Below, in pieces: positions 19,211-28,393 of a DNA stretch of 64,000 bases. The notes under the pieces are model-generated. The model was given only the letters and a program-made list of their open reading frames with translations, searched no databases and was not told where the DNA came from. This DNA is from a virus: the IMG/VR virus record IMGVR_UViG_3300031951_000113, positions 4,915-68,914 of that record; one strand, written 5' to 3'. Each line of letters begins with the position of its first letter. Positions within the stretch are counted from its first letter, which is position 1. Made by a program: the position numbers and the translations under genes.

Positions 19211-19386
19211 TGTAATGTCTTTCCTTTCGATGGGTGGTTTTTGATTTCTTGAACTACAGCGTTCCTTACAGCTCCCTCAATCCTGGCAACAAACGATGTG
19301 CCAACTCGTTCGAAGGGGTGATGAGGACGTAGTTGTTTGACTTGAGCGAGGATATACTCGCGAACTGCTTTCTGGTTTATTAGCAT
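19207..19386 (-). CDS. 59-aa protein, possible minimal histone fold (not in ORF track)
   Basis: MLINQKAVREYILAQVKQLRPHHPFERVGTSFVARIEGAVRNAVVQEIKNHPSKGKTLQ; TAATG and ATGA couplings. Confidence 0.65.
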   Translation of the reverse strand: MLINQKAVREYILAQVKQLRPHHPFERVGTSFVARIEGAVRNAVVQEIKNHPSKGKTLQ

Positions 19387-19577
19387 TATGGTAAAAGGTT
19401 TGCCAAAGTGTATAGCACCTTAGATAAAAGATTGCTGGGTCGCAGGGTTGAAGGCTCGGCCTTTCGGCGGTTCTCCAACCGGATCATAAGTTCCGCCATG
19501 ATTAGCGGATGAATGCAGGGATTGCTCCCGTAATAGTGTTTGCCCATCAATTCGGATCTGTGTCTCAGATGTTCCAT
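19386..19577 (-). CDS. hypothetical protein
   Basis: 63-aa ORF; 13-bp motif directly before the ATG. Confidence 0.5.
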   Translation of the reverse strand: MEHLRHRSELMGKHYYGSNPCIHPLIMAELMIRLENRRKAEPSTLRPSNLLSKVLYTLANLLP

Positions 19578-19590
19578 AGATATTATACCT
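19578..19590 (-). promoter_or_regulatory. 13-bp repeated operator-like motif (representative copy)
   Basis: AGGTATAATATCT; other copies at 6138, 23414, 26668, 29195, 34640, 37654, 38885, 41561, 42151, 42443, 43911, 44087. Confidence 0.7.
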
Positions 19591-19598
19591 TGTCAAAT

Positions 19599-19853
19599 TT
19601 AATTGTTTTCGGATAGCTGCTCGAACTGTTTTCGAACGAACGGCTCTGTTGTCTCGTCGTCGTGCTCTACTAATGCGTCGAGTGTTGTAGTTAGCATACA
19701 GGCTAACGGAGCTGCTTTGTCTGCCAGCTTAGCCATCCTACGGATGTCAAGCATAGCAGCTTGGGCGGCTTCGTCGTTGTCTCCATGAATTAACTCAAGG
19801 AGTGTTGGTGTTATTTCTTCCCATGATGGGGTTTCGTTTGTTGTGTTTTCCAT
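19599..19853 (-). CDS. hypothetical protein
   Basis: Likely start MENTT; motif TPSW..L..RMAKLAD. Confidence 0.6.
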   Translation of the reverse strand: MENTTNETPSWEEITPTLLELIHGDNDEAAQAAMLDIRRMAKLADKAAPLACMLTTTLDALVEHDDETTEPFVRKQFEQLSENN

Positions 19854-19861
19854 AATTTTTT

Positions 19862-20047
19862 TTATTGTTGGTAGGGCCGTAGGGCGTCTTTTAATTCTTC
19901 CATAACTTCGTCTATTGTTTTGTCGCACTCCCAGAAACGTGAGTAGGTGACGTGGGAGTGGCCGATGTTCTCGATTTCTAGTTCGTGCAGTGCACGTTTA
20001 CTTGCTTCTAGTAATGTCTCTAGGTCTTCTTCAGTTGGTTTTCTCAT
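19862..20047 (-). CDS. hypothetical protein
   Basis: 61-aa ORF coupled to upstream gene. Confidence 0.55.
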   Translation of the reverse strand: MRKPTEEDLETLLEASKRALHELEIENIGHSHVTYSRFWECDKTIDEVMEELKDALRPYQQ

Positions 20048-20676
20048 ATTAAATCTCCGTGTTCGTCGTAGCGCCAGCCGTTAGCATGGCTCAATTCGGC
20101 TACGTTTTCTTCGCTTGTTTGGTAGTCATACTCTGCGTTTAAAGCAGAGTATAGGTCTTGAGCTAAATCTTTAGCTTTATGCAGCACGGCGTCTAGCAGG
20201 CTGTGAGACATCGAGTCTACGAACTCAACTATTGGATCGTGAGATCCTTCTGATACAGGATATACATCTCCGCTAACCCCCATTGTATTCTCGTGGCTGT
20301 AATGACCGCTCTGCGTTATTTTGCCAATGATCTCCAACTCTGGGTTGGCGTCCTCATCGTCCATCTTTAAGATAACTTTAAGGGCTATAAACTTAGCAAC
20401 GTCTTCTGGCTGCAGCCATTTCAAAGCTGCATCCCCAACGTAATTAAAGTCCGCTGTAAATGAAGCTCCGTCGCCCTGACTGTGGAATCCGGAGAAGTTT
20501 ATGACGGCGTCTGTGAACCCGTGTTCTTTGAGCTTGTCTTCCCACTCTTCTATAATGTGAGAATGCCAATCGCCCCAGACAGACTCGAAACATCTATCGA
20601 CTGCGCGGGCTTTGGAAGCATCGCTTAGCTCGTGGAATTCGAATTCTGTTTTAACATCATCTTGTTCAGCAATCAT
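20044..20676 (-). CDS. acidic phage protein with FSGFxSQGDGASF motif
   Basis: Recurrent phage early-gene motif; very D/E-rich. Confidence 0.65.
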   Translation of the reverse strand: MIAEQDDVKTEFEFHELSDASKARAVDRCFESVWGDWHSHIIEEWEDKLKEHGFTDAVINFSGFHSQGDGASFTADFNYVGDAALKWLQPEDVAKFIALKVILKMDDEDANPELEIIGKITQSGHYSHENTMGVSGDVYPVSEGSHDPIVEFVDSMSHSLLDAVLHKAKDLAQDLYSALNAEYDYQTSEENVAELSHANGWRYDEHGDLI

Positions 20677-20679
20677 AAT

Positions 20680-20967
20680 TTATTTGATAACTGCGTGTGG
20701 CACCCCAGCCACATCGAGGATTTCAATTGTTGTTGCTTTGCCGCTCATCACGCATCGGGGTTGTGACTTGCGATTTCGAGTGGCAATCGGAACTTTGCAG
20801 CTTAAGCCTTCTACAAAGTGGCACGCGTCTTTGAAGTGGATCGACAGGACATTCCTGCCTTTCTGCATAGAGAGCGGTTTATTGTAGTGGAAAAAGAAGT
20901 TGAACAACTTCCCTGGGACTTTAGCTGTGAAGGAATATGGTCGTTTGAGTGGGCGGGTTACTTTCAT
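20680..20967 (-). CDS. hypothetical basic protein
   Basis: FFFHYNKP..QPR.VM.G; coupled ORF. Confidence 0.6.
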   Translation of the reverse strand: MKVTRPLKRPYSFTAKVPGKLFNFFFHYNKPLSMQKGRNVLSIHFKDACHFVEGLSCKVPIATRNRKSQPRCVMSGKATTIEILDVAGVPHAVIK

Positions 20968-21368
20968 ATAAGTTTCTTTTTAAGTTCAATACGTCTTTTA
21001 GGTATCACCCCCACTAAAGCCTGCGCCTTGGTCTCGGCGTCGGTATGTTGGGGTGTGCGGTGCATCCATTCTTGGGGTTGGATGCTAGAGCACCAGTCCT
21101 GCAATGAAGGGATGAAGCCCATGTCCTCGCGGACATGTTGCTCACCGATATAGCGAGTAGGCAACGTAGTGCCGTCGCTGTTTGTGATTGTTACTCCGAA
21201 CTTCTCTTCGCAAGCATAGATGCCTTCCGAGTGATGCCGAAGCACACGATGCCGGAAGTCGGCGTAGTGTCGCTTGCTCTCGTCAAACCAGTGATGGATA
21301 GCGAGGTAGTCTTCAGGCTTGCCGCCGAACTTCTTGGCGGACGATAACGAATGATGATACGGGTGCAT
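20964..21368 (-). CDS. DUF6915-like protein
   Basis: HPYHHSLSS.KKFGG..DY..IH.WFD..HR..RHH..G..EQHV.ED. Confidence 0.7.
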   Translation of the reverse strand: MHPYHHSLSSAKKFGGKPEDYLAIHHWFDESKRHYADFRHRVLRHHSEGIYACEEKFGVTITNSDGTTLPTRYIGEQHVREDMGFIPSLQDWCSSIQPQEWMHRTPQHTDAETKAQALVGVIPKRRIELKKKLI

Positions 21369-21369
21369 G

Positions 21370-21771
21370 TTATTGGAGCGAGATGGTTTTGTCGTCGCAA
21401 TCGTTTTGTACTTGCTCGTAGTAGTAGGAGGTCAGGTGCATTTCCCCTTCCGCAAGGTCTACCGTAAGCGTCCCACCGCCACCGTCGTTGTTAACCCAGT
21501 CGCAGGATGCTTCGTCGTATACTATTTTGTATACAGGGTCGGTGTTGAAATGAGGTTTCATCTCTGGGTTGGGAAGGCCCGGAAGATATTCGATATGGTC
21601 GATGTCTCCGCTGTCCCCTCCTCCGCTGAATTGAAACTCAATCTTTTCTACGCTTGGGAACTCTTTGACCAACTTGATTAGTTGGTCTACAAATTCGGGG
21701 TATTTTCCCGACATCTTTGATGCTACTAAAGTAGCGATAGTATCTTTGGCTGGCGATTTTTTCTTAGGCAT
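21370..21771 (-). CDS. DUF6878-like protein
   Basis: FSGGGDSGDI..DWVNNDGGGG; likely start MPKKK. Confidence 0.7.
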   Translation of the reverse strand: MPKKKSPAKDTIATLVASKMSGKYPEFVDQLIKLVKEFPSVEKIEFQFSGGGDSGDIDHIEYLPGLPNPEMKPHFNTDPVYKIVYDEASCDWVNNDGGGGTLTVDLAEGEMHLTSYYYEQVQNDCDDKTISLQ

Positions 21772-21802
21772 AATACTGTAATTTAAGATAATAAGTTTTA
21801 GG

Positions 21803-22675
21803 TTAAGCAGCCATTTGGGTTGGCTGCGTGATGCCCATAGCAGCGAGGATGTCTCCGGCTGTCTTGTGGGCGGTTTTGCGGACAGTTTCATCCGCACGAA
21901 TCTGATCTGGCTCAAGGCTGGCAATCTTCTCGGTCTCACCGACAAGGCGCAGGATTGTCTCGTCGCCCATGACGTTGAGCTTGGGGATCTGAACGCACAG
22001 CTCCCGAAGGTTAGTGATGAGGGTGTTACGGAACACTTTGTCGCTGTCGTCGAGGCGTTCGACAACTCGACCGAGAGCGTCTCCCAGTCGGGTGTAGAGA
22101 GCATCGCTAGCTACCTTGAGTGACTCGGATACTCCGGAGTCAATCTCGGCGCTGAGTTGCTGGCGCACTTCTTCGGGGAGGTCTACTCGGAAGTCGGCGC
22201 TGTCTGGCAGGGGGAACCATGACACACGGACAGCAAACTTAGAGCGGACAACCTCGACTGGCGGGTAGTCGCTCTCGCTGAACAGCCCGTTGAGTGCGGC
22301 CTTGGCCCTGTTGCGGTGAGCATCGTAGTTGACCAGAAACTCGCCGACAGCCTCGTAGAACTCACGCTTAACCTCGCGCTCTTCGTTGGCGAAGTCTTCC
22401 CACGCAGCGGACGGAAGGATGCGAATGCCTTCGTCGCGCCACGGCAGGGTGTGCTTATAGAACAGAGCGCGCAAAGCGCCCTCGCTCTTCTTGACTCGGT
22501 CGATGGAGCCGTCGGGCAGGAGGTTCTTGATGAACGCGCCAGCCGACGAGGATGCGCCGTGCTTGATCAGAGTCTCAAGCGTGGCTGTGGTGTCTTTCTT
22601 CTTGGGGTTCCACACGCTGATGTTGAGGGTTACGAGCATTGCGCGGGAACGGAGGTCTTGTGTGTTGGCAGTCAT
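21803..22675 (-). CDS. DUF3150-like protein
   Basis: AMLV.LNISVW..K.L..TLPW.D.G.RILP..F..DYP..KF; found with AAA/VWA modules. Confidence 0.6.
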   Translation of the reverse strand: MTANTQDLRSRAMLVTLNISVWNPKKKDTTATLETLIKHGASSSAGAFIKNLLPDGSIDRVKKSEGALRALFYKHTLPWRDEGIRILPSAAWEDFANEEREVKREFYEAVGEFLVNYDAHRNRAKAALNGLFSESDYPPVEVVRSKFAVRVSWFPLPDSADFRVDLPEEVRQQLSAEIDSGVSESLKVASDALYTRLGDALGRVVERLDDSDKVFRNTLITNLRELCVQIPKLNVMGDETILRLVGETEKIASLEPDQIRADETVRKTAHKTAGDILAAMGITQPTQMAA

Positions 22676-22691
22676 ATGTTTGTTGTTTGGG

Positions 22692-23384
22692 TTAGTTGGT
22701 TGCGAATCTGAGTGCAACGAGGTCGGCAGCGATCTCGTCTCGGTTGATTTGTCCAAGGATTTCTTCGGGGGCTGGGGTGGTCCGCTCCTTCTTAGCCTTG
22801 GGTTTATTGTCTTCTTCAAGCCGCTTACGGCGGTCTTCGGGTAAGAAGTTGACCAGCTCTGGCCAAACCTTGACGGCTTGGTTAAGCGAGCGGCATGTCT
22901 GCAGGAACTCTTTTACTTTTTTGCCAGTCTCTTCCCAGCGGGTAGCTACCTCACAACGAGCCTTAAGTTGCTCGAAAACATAGGTAGGCATTGGGCTTTT
23001 GTCAGAGAGAGTTTTATACAAAGTAAGTTTATCGTCCCATTGATTTGTATTTGGCGGGGCTTTATAAGTAAGCCCCTTCGTATCAATCGAAAACCTCAAT
23101 GGGATTTTAGGATACGCTTCGTTTTTAATACGCAGCTCTGAATATCCATAAGAATTTGAAGGGCTGCATTTAATATTGGAGCACCACTTGTCCGGCATCT
23201 GATCTCTGAGGTTTACTTTGTCGCCCCAATACACTTTATCTGCGAAGTCTTTGTCTTCGTGACAAATGTAAATTGGTATGTGCTCATTGCTTGAACCGAA
23301 CTCGGATTTAATAGCTGTCTTGCATAGTTCTTTGATATGCGCGTTGATGTCTTCGATTAGTTTGTCTGTGATTTGAATAGCCAT
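22692..23384 (-). CDS. Nmad5-like (nucleotide modification associated domain 5) protein
   Basis: C-terminal CRSLNQAVKVWPEL..FLP motif. Confidence 0.55.
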   Translation of the reverse strand: MAIQITDKLIEDINAHIKELCKTAIKSEFGSSNEHIPIYICHEDKDFADKVYWGDKVNLRDQMPDKWCSNIKCSPSNSYGYSELRIKNEAYPKIPLRFSIDTKGLTYKAPPNTNQWDDKLTLYKTLSDKSPMPTYVFEQLKARCEVATRWEETGKKVKEFLQTCRSLNQAVKVWPELVNFLPEDRRKRLEEDNKPKAKKERTTPAPEEILGQINRDEIAADLVALRFATN

Positions 23385-23427
23385 AATTTTATTTGGTTGG
23401 TTTGTTGTTAGTTAGATATTACACCCA

Positions 23428-24015
23428 TCACACGGCAACAGCGCCGTTGTGAGCAGTGTAACAGGGGTGAAGGGTTGGTATGGGGGTTGAAGTTTGGTCA
23501 ACTTTTTGTTTGAACATCTCTACAACAAGGAAGTCCAAGTATCCTTGTGGCAGGGCTGCAGGGGTGGGCATCTCTACGCTGAATTCTTCAGCGTATCGCG
23601 CAGCCCTGTTAAAATACTCTACCGAGTAGCCCGTCTTGAATGGTCGGTTAGTTCTGGCTTTTTTAGCCTCTTGGAATAAACCGCGAGCAGCTTTAATACT
23701 AAATTCTACCCATTCTTTAGGGCCGCCTTGATCGAGTGTTGGCACAGGTATTACATTGTAAAACAGGCTTCCCAACGCGGAGGCTACAAGGTTTCTATGC
23801 TTTGCAGTTGATACAGAATATTTTCGCTCAGTTAATAGGATTGTGTTCCCGTCAATTTTCTTGGCGATGCAGAAATGACGACCATAGGAGTAAATACTCT
23901 TATGGTCACACATCATAGTAGATGACTTAAAAAAGTCGCCTTTAGGCGACAATGTCCCTTTTGACCATGCGGTTACAAGGGTATGGTGAGAACCATATAC
24001 AGATTTATATCTCAT
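23428..24015 (-). CDS. early protein, paralogue family copy 1
   Basis: YKSVY..LSPKGD..IYSYGRHF..FKQKVD. Confidence 0.7.
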   Translation of the reverse strand: MRYKSVYGSHHTLVTAWSKGTLSPKGDFFKSSTMMCDHKSIYSYGRHFCIAKKIDGNTILLTERKYSVSTAKHRNLVASALGSLFYNVIPVPTLDQGGPKEWVEFSIKAARGLFQEAKKARTNRPFKTGYSVEYFNRAARYAEEFSVEMPTPAALPQGYLDFLVVEMFKQKVDQTSTPIPTLHPCYTAHNGAVAV

Positions 24016-24296
24016 AAGTTGAATTTTTTAATGGTTGCTAGTGCGTTGATTAACTTGTTGAAGTCTTTGTCGGTTAGTGTGAGAGCGTTGCAGTATTGCT
24101 TGGTGACGAATATTCTGTAGCGGGCGCGGCCGCGATTTCGATCCCACCCCCAAGCCCAATGAGAGAAGTGGCACGACCATTTTAGCTTACGAGCTCTAGT
24201 TGTCCGCATGTCGCATGTCGAACGAGCAAAGAACTCAGATGGCTCTGACAATAATTTGGTGAACTCAGATAACGTTTTTTTAGGGTGCAGCTCCAT
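24012..24296 (-). CDS. hypothetical protein
   Basis: 94-aa ORF with ATGA overlap. Confidence 0.5.
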   Translation of the reverse strand: MELHPKKTLSEFTKLLSEPSEFFARSTCDMRTTRARKLKWSCHFSHWAWGWDRNRGRARYRIFVTKQYCNALTLTDKDFNKLINALATIKKFNL

Positions 24297-24379
24297 AGTC
24301 TATGTTGATGTTGCGGCACAGGGGGTCGGACCCAGCGCCTATTAGCACAACTACACAGGAGTAAACTTATTCTTTACAG

Positions 24380-25576
24380 CTAGTCTTTGACGTGAACCAC
24401 ATCGCCAAAGGGCACATTGTCGCACTCCGACCAGCAAGCCCACAAAACGGGGTAGCCAGGAGAGGCTGTAGGGAAACTGCCATAGAGGTCAGTCAGATAT
24501 ACTAGGGCCTTGCAGTTGATGCCCTGCTTCTTGACCCAGTCAAAGACTGGAGTGAAGTCTGTTCCGCCGCCGCCCTGCGGAGAAAAGATGATAGTATCGT
24601 CTGGTCCGAACTCTGCAGTGTTGTGAACTGCAGCGTCACAAGCAACGCAGTGCGTTTTGATAGGGCGTATTGTTTCATGGATGGCGTTAACCTCGGCCAT
24701 GAACGCAGCGAGCATGTCTTGATCAATAGACCCAGAGGTATCGAAGGCGATAACAATCTCGCCAGCAGCTTCTTCATCGCCGATGTCGGGGATGTAGATG
24801 TCGTCGGGCAAGAAGCGGCGGTCGGGTTTCATCCAGTCGTAGTCGTTCTTGATGATCTCGGTAAGGAAGCGGCGAAGCACGGTGCGCCAAGGAACCTTGG
24901 GGGCAAGGATGCTATCGACGAGACGCTCGACGCCAGCAGGGAGGTTGCCCTGCATACGAGCAGCTTGAGCGGCTTGGGCCAGCTTGCCTTTCCACTCAGC
25001 GGCCATGTCACCGCTGGACTTCTTCTTGCCAGTTTTGGGGTCGGGTGGTGTTGCGCCGTCGAGGACTTCACCGAAGCCGCATTGACCACGTCCGCCTCCC
25101 CCTGGTGGTGGCGGTGGGGGCGGTGGCAGCTTGGCGTAGATTTCCTCCCAAGCCATACCTGCATACTGAGGGTCGAGTAGACCGCCAACAGGCATGGAAA
25201 GGTTACGACAGCCAGCTTGAATGATGTCGTCGAGGATCTGGTTGATGGCGTAGTCCATAGCCATGTTGGACTTGACATGGTCGCGATCTCCCTTGCGCCA
25301 AGGGTGACCGAGAGCGCAGTGCATAGCCTCGTGGACATGAGTGAACAGGATGTCAGAGTCTGAGCAGTCTTTGACAAACTGAGGGTTGATGAAGATGTCT
25401 ACACCATTGGTAGCCATCGTCTCCACTTCGTCGGTGTAGACGCGGTTGAGGTTGAGGAACAGAGAAGCGAAGAACGGGTGGCACATGACCAACTCGACTA
25501 CTTGTTTCTCTGACCGCTTGATCTGCTCGCTGATCTCGGCTTGAGTCAACGGCTTAGGTTGTGGCATTGGTTGCAT
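24380..25576 (-). CDS. DUF2201-type metallopeptidase plus VWA domain protein
   Basis: MATNG, HEAMH, N.AMD.AIN; MIDAS DTSGS, GGGGTDF, LTDLYG. Confidence 0.9.
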   Translation of the reverse strand: MQPMPQPKPLTQAEISEQIKRSEKQVVELVMCHPFFASLFLNLNRVYTDEVETMATNGVDIFINPQFVKDCSDSDILFTHVHEAMHCALGHPWRKGDRDHVKSNMAMDYAINQILDDIIQAGCRNLSMPVGGLLDPQYAGMAWEEIYAKLPPPPPPPPGGGGRGQCGFGEVLDGATPPDPKTGKKKSSGDMAAEWKGKLAQAAQAARMQGNLPAGVERLVDSILAPKVPWRTVLRRFLTEIIKNDYDWMKPDRRFLPDDIYIPDIGDEEAAGEIVIAFDTSGSIDQDMLAAFMAEVNAIHETIRPIKTHCVACDAAVHNTAEFGPDDTIIFSPQGGGGTDFTPVFDWVKKQGINCKALVYLTDLYGSFPTASPGYPVLWACWSECDNVPFGDVVHVKD

Positions 25577-25584
25577 AAATTATG

Positions 25585-26631
25585 TTACAGCAGGACATCC
25601 TTGTGGTCGGTCGCCCATTTGATGAAGTCCTTGGTTGAGGTTACCTCGGAACGCTTGAGCTTGTAAGCGAGGCGCACACCGAAGGTTGTGAACTCCATTG
25701 GCAAGCGGTCAAGGTAGGTGAGGATACGACCGAAGTTCTTACCAGTGACACGCTGACTGAGTGCGGCACACACAGCGTAGCGGGGCGACGGGGTTTCAGG
25801 AACCTCAGCACCGGATGGATCGAGCAGGATAGCGTCGATCGAGGGCAGCTGTTCGTAGGTGTCGAGGAACGCACCGAACTCAGCGGCAGGGCCAGCGCCG
25901 AGGATACCCTCAAGCATTGGCACACGCACCGAAGCGGGCGGGTCTTTCTGTATCAAGCGGGACGCCGCTTCCCAGCTACGGGGAGAAGCGAAGCCACCCT
26001 CGCCGTCCCACTTCTGCGGGTCAAACGAGTGGAGCAAGTCGGGGCGGAAGCGGAGGAAAGCGATGACACGAACATCGACGCCGTTATCCAGAGCCCACTC
26101 GCACCAGTCGTCGAGGTCAGGCACAAGGTTGATGAACATGACACGATTGGCTAGCGCAGAGGATAGCTTCTCGACATGGCAGCGGTCACTCTGGCTGTTA
26201 CCAGACAGGATGATGAAGGTGTTCTCGGGGGCTACCCACTCACCGACGCGGCGTTCCAAGGATACTTGGAGCGCAACGTTCTGACTCTGCTTGGCGGCAT
26301 TGGGCAGCTCGTCAAGGTGGAGCGTAGAGTTAGGTTCGCTGGGCAACAGGGCTGGGACGGAGAAGCGCATGACATTCTTCTCGCGGTCGATGTAGGGGAA
26401 GCCGCACAGATCGGTGGGTGCGATCTGACCGAGATACACGGGCTTGTATTTGCTGGGGTCACCGGAGCGCATCATGGAATACTGGCGACCGATGGACGAT
26501 TTGCCGAGGCCGGGAGGCGACAGCACGAAGGGAACCAGATTGGCTTGATCGCAATACTTGAGGATCTCGATAAGCTGGCTGGGTTTGACGGTGGCTTTGG
26601 TGGATACTTTAACTGTGTTTGTCTTGGACAT
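25585..26631 (-). CDS. MoxR/CbbQ-like AAA+ ATPase
   Basis: Walker A PPGLGKS, Walker B LHLDE, GN, ALANR, SPRSW. Confidence 0.9.
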   Translation of the reverse strand: MSKTNTVKVSTKATVKPSQLIEILKYCDQANLVPFVLSPPGLGKSSIGRQYSMMRSGDPSKYKPVYLGQIAPTDLCGFPYIDREKNVMRFSVPALLPSEPNSTLHLDELPNAAKQSQNVALQVSLERRVGEWVAPENTFIILSGNSQSDRCHVEKLSSALANRVMFINLVPDLDDWCEWALDNGVDVRVIAFLRFRPDLLHSFDPQKWDGEGGFASPRSWEAASRLIQKDPPASVRVPMLEGILGAGPAAEFGAFLDTYEQLPSIDAILLDPSGAEVPETPSPRYAVCAALSQRVTGKNFGRILTYLDRLPMEFTTFGVRLAYKLKRSEVTSTKDFIKWATDHKDVLL

Positions 26632-26684
26632 ATGTGTTGTGTGTTAGTTGTGTGTTTGTGTTGCCTCGGATATGATACCCAAGG

Positions 26685-27329
26685 TCAGGCGGCAACGGAT
26701 TGACTGGGTGAAAGGGTTGAAGTGTAATAGGGCGACAGGGTGTGGTGCTCTCTAACGAACGCCCCGTCTGCCTTTAGCTTGAATGCTACGATCGCTGGCC
26801 ATGCTATAAAGTCTTCGGGTATGTCGTTCTTACTAGGCGGCATTAGCTGGAAGACATTAGCAAAGTCTATGCACTCATTGAACAAGTCTACAGCGCAGTT
26901 GTAGTAATACATCTGGTTGTGAACCCTAGCCCGTTTGCTTCGGGCGAATGTCTTGTGAGCGCACAAGAGTTGCTTCTGCAGCATCTCCTCGTGGGTGTCG
27001 AGCGGAGCTAACTGGTAGATGCGCCACATGTAAGGGAGCGTCTTTTTACTAGGCTCACCGACATCGGTCATCACTTTGTAGATGGTGGTGTAGTAATGAG
27101 TGTTTACAGCTTGCCACAAGGGTTGCTGCCCGTCCCCAGCATAGCGGGTCTTGAACAATGTGTTGCCTTCCCACCTAGCTATGAACTGAGTAGGAGTGCG
27201 AATGGTTGTGTGGGTAGCTGTTGACCCGTGTCTGGATCGGAACAGATCGCCTTTAGGCGAGAATGCTTTAGCGCTGAACGCTTGTCCCAGAGCTGTTTCG
27301 CTCGGGTAAACTGATTTGTATTTGCTCAT
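26685..27329 (-). CDS. early protein, paralogue family copy 2
   Basis: YKSVY..FSPKGD..FKLKADG; likely start MSKYK. Confidence 0.7.
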   Translation of the reverse strand: MSKYKSVYPSETALGQAFSAKAFSPKGDLFRSRHGSTATHTTIRTPTQFIARWEGNTLFKTRYAGDGQQPLWQAVNTHYYTTIYKVMTDVGEPSKKTLPYMWRIYQLAPLDTHEEMLQKQLLCAHKTFARSKRARVHNQMYYYNCAVDLFNECIDFANVFQLMPPSKNDIPEDFIAWPAIVAFKLKADGAFVREHHTLSPYYTSTLSPSQSVAA

Positions 27330-27431
27330 TGGTTTCTGTTTCTGTGTCGTTTGGGAGGAAGGGAAACGCTTCCTCCAGTGAATTGTAGATAGGGAGGACC
27401 GTGCCATCCTCGAAGTTTAGTGCGGACATAA

Positions 27432-28115
27432 CTACGCGGCCTTTAAGAAGGCGGGTGTATAGTAGTTATAGTTGCTTCGCCAATAGTCGGGCTGGTAACC
27501 ATCTGCTTTCTGCTTGAACAGCTCAACTGCTAAGGCGTTCTCAATAGCTTCAACACGCAGTTCATCCCTAGTAAGCTGCGGCAAACCAATAAACTTGAGC
27601 GTGTTGTTCGCGATATTGGTGTGATGCCAGAATTGGGAGCTGATCCAGATCGCACTCTTTCGAGCCAGCCTGTTCTCAATGAGAGACTCGTAGTAAAACT
27701 GCAGAGATTCTACCCAGTCGGCTCGCCAATCGCTAGGCGTGCTGTTCGGAACGACCCTAGCTACTTCAAGGATCGGGATGCCGTGACTGGTATGCAGTAT
27801 AGGATCAGTCTCAGCCCGTCTATAGAAGTGCTGGTATTTTCGCTCCTGTTCATCAAGATCTCTACGCATGGCGTTGTGCAACGCGGTAGTCACATACGCA
27901 GGTTCATTGGTGTTGTTTCGCACTAGGAAGTAGGGCGAACCATCGAGGGTAATCTTGGCGGCGAATGTGGTATCGAACGCCCAGAATCTATCCGGTGTAG
28001 CGAGACAGGAGTTACCGACGCTCACGATGCTGGGAGACAGGGTTTCATCGAAGAACGCACGGGCCATGCCCGTGTCGCTGTAATGTTTCTTAACGCGTTT
28101 CTTTTTAGTTTTCAT
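27432..28115 (-). CDS. early protein, paralogue family copy 3
   Basis: AF..TLSP..LAVELFKQKADG. Confidence 0.65.
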   Translation of the reverse strand: MKTKKKRVKKHYSDTGMARAFFDETLSPSIVSVGNSCLATPDRFWAFDTTFAAKITLDGSPYFLVRNNTNEPAYVTTALHNAMRRDLDEQERKYQHFYRRAETDPILHTSHGIPILEVARVVPNSTPSDWRADWVESLQFYYESLIENRLARKSAIWISSQFWHHTNIANNTLKFIGLPQLTRDELRVEAIENALAVELFKQKADGYQPDYWRSNYNYYTPAFLKAA

Positions 28116-28150
28116 TGGCGGGGTGACTTTCCGTTAGGTGTCATTGCAGG

Positions 28151-28390
28151 TTAAGGGTTATGTTTAACGATTCTTTTCGCCGATAGTATTAGGTTTCTCG
28201 CTTTAAGCATATGGACATACGCTCGTTCCAGCATCTTCGTAGCGGCTTTGTGTTGTTTCTTAGCGTATCTGAACTCGAATTTGACTTGGTCTCTAGCCAG
28301 CTTCCTGTTCTCTGTTAATAAACCGTAGTAATATGCGGCTGTTTGATCTGGCGGAACGCTTGGGTTAGTCGGAAGGTTAAGGTCTGGCAT
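28151..28390 (-). CDS. hypothetical basic protein
   Basis: 79-aa ORF in operon. Confidence 0.55.
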   Translation of the reverse strand: MPDLNLPTNPSVPPDQTAAYYYGLLTENRKLARDQVKFEFRYAKKQHKAATKMLERAYVHMLKARNLILSAKRIVKHNP

Positions 28391-28393
28391 AGC

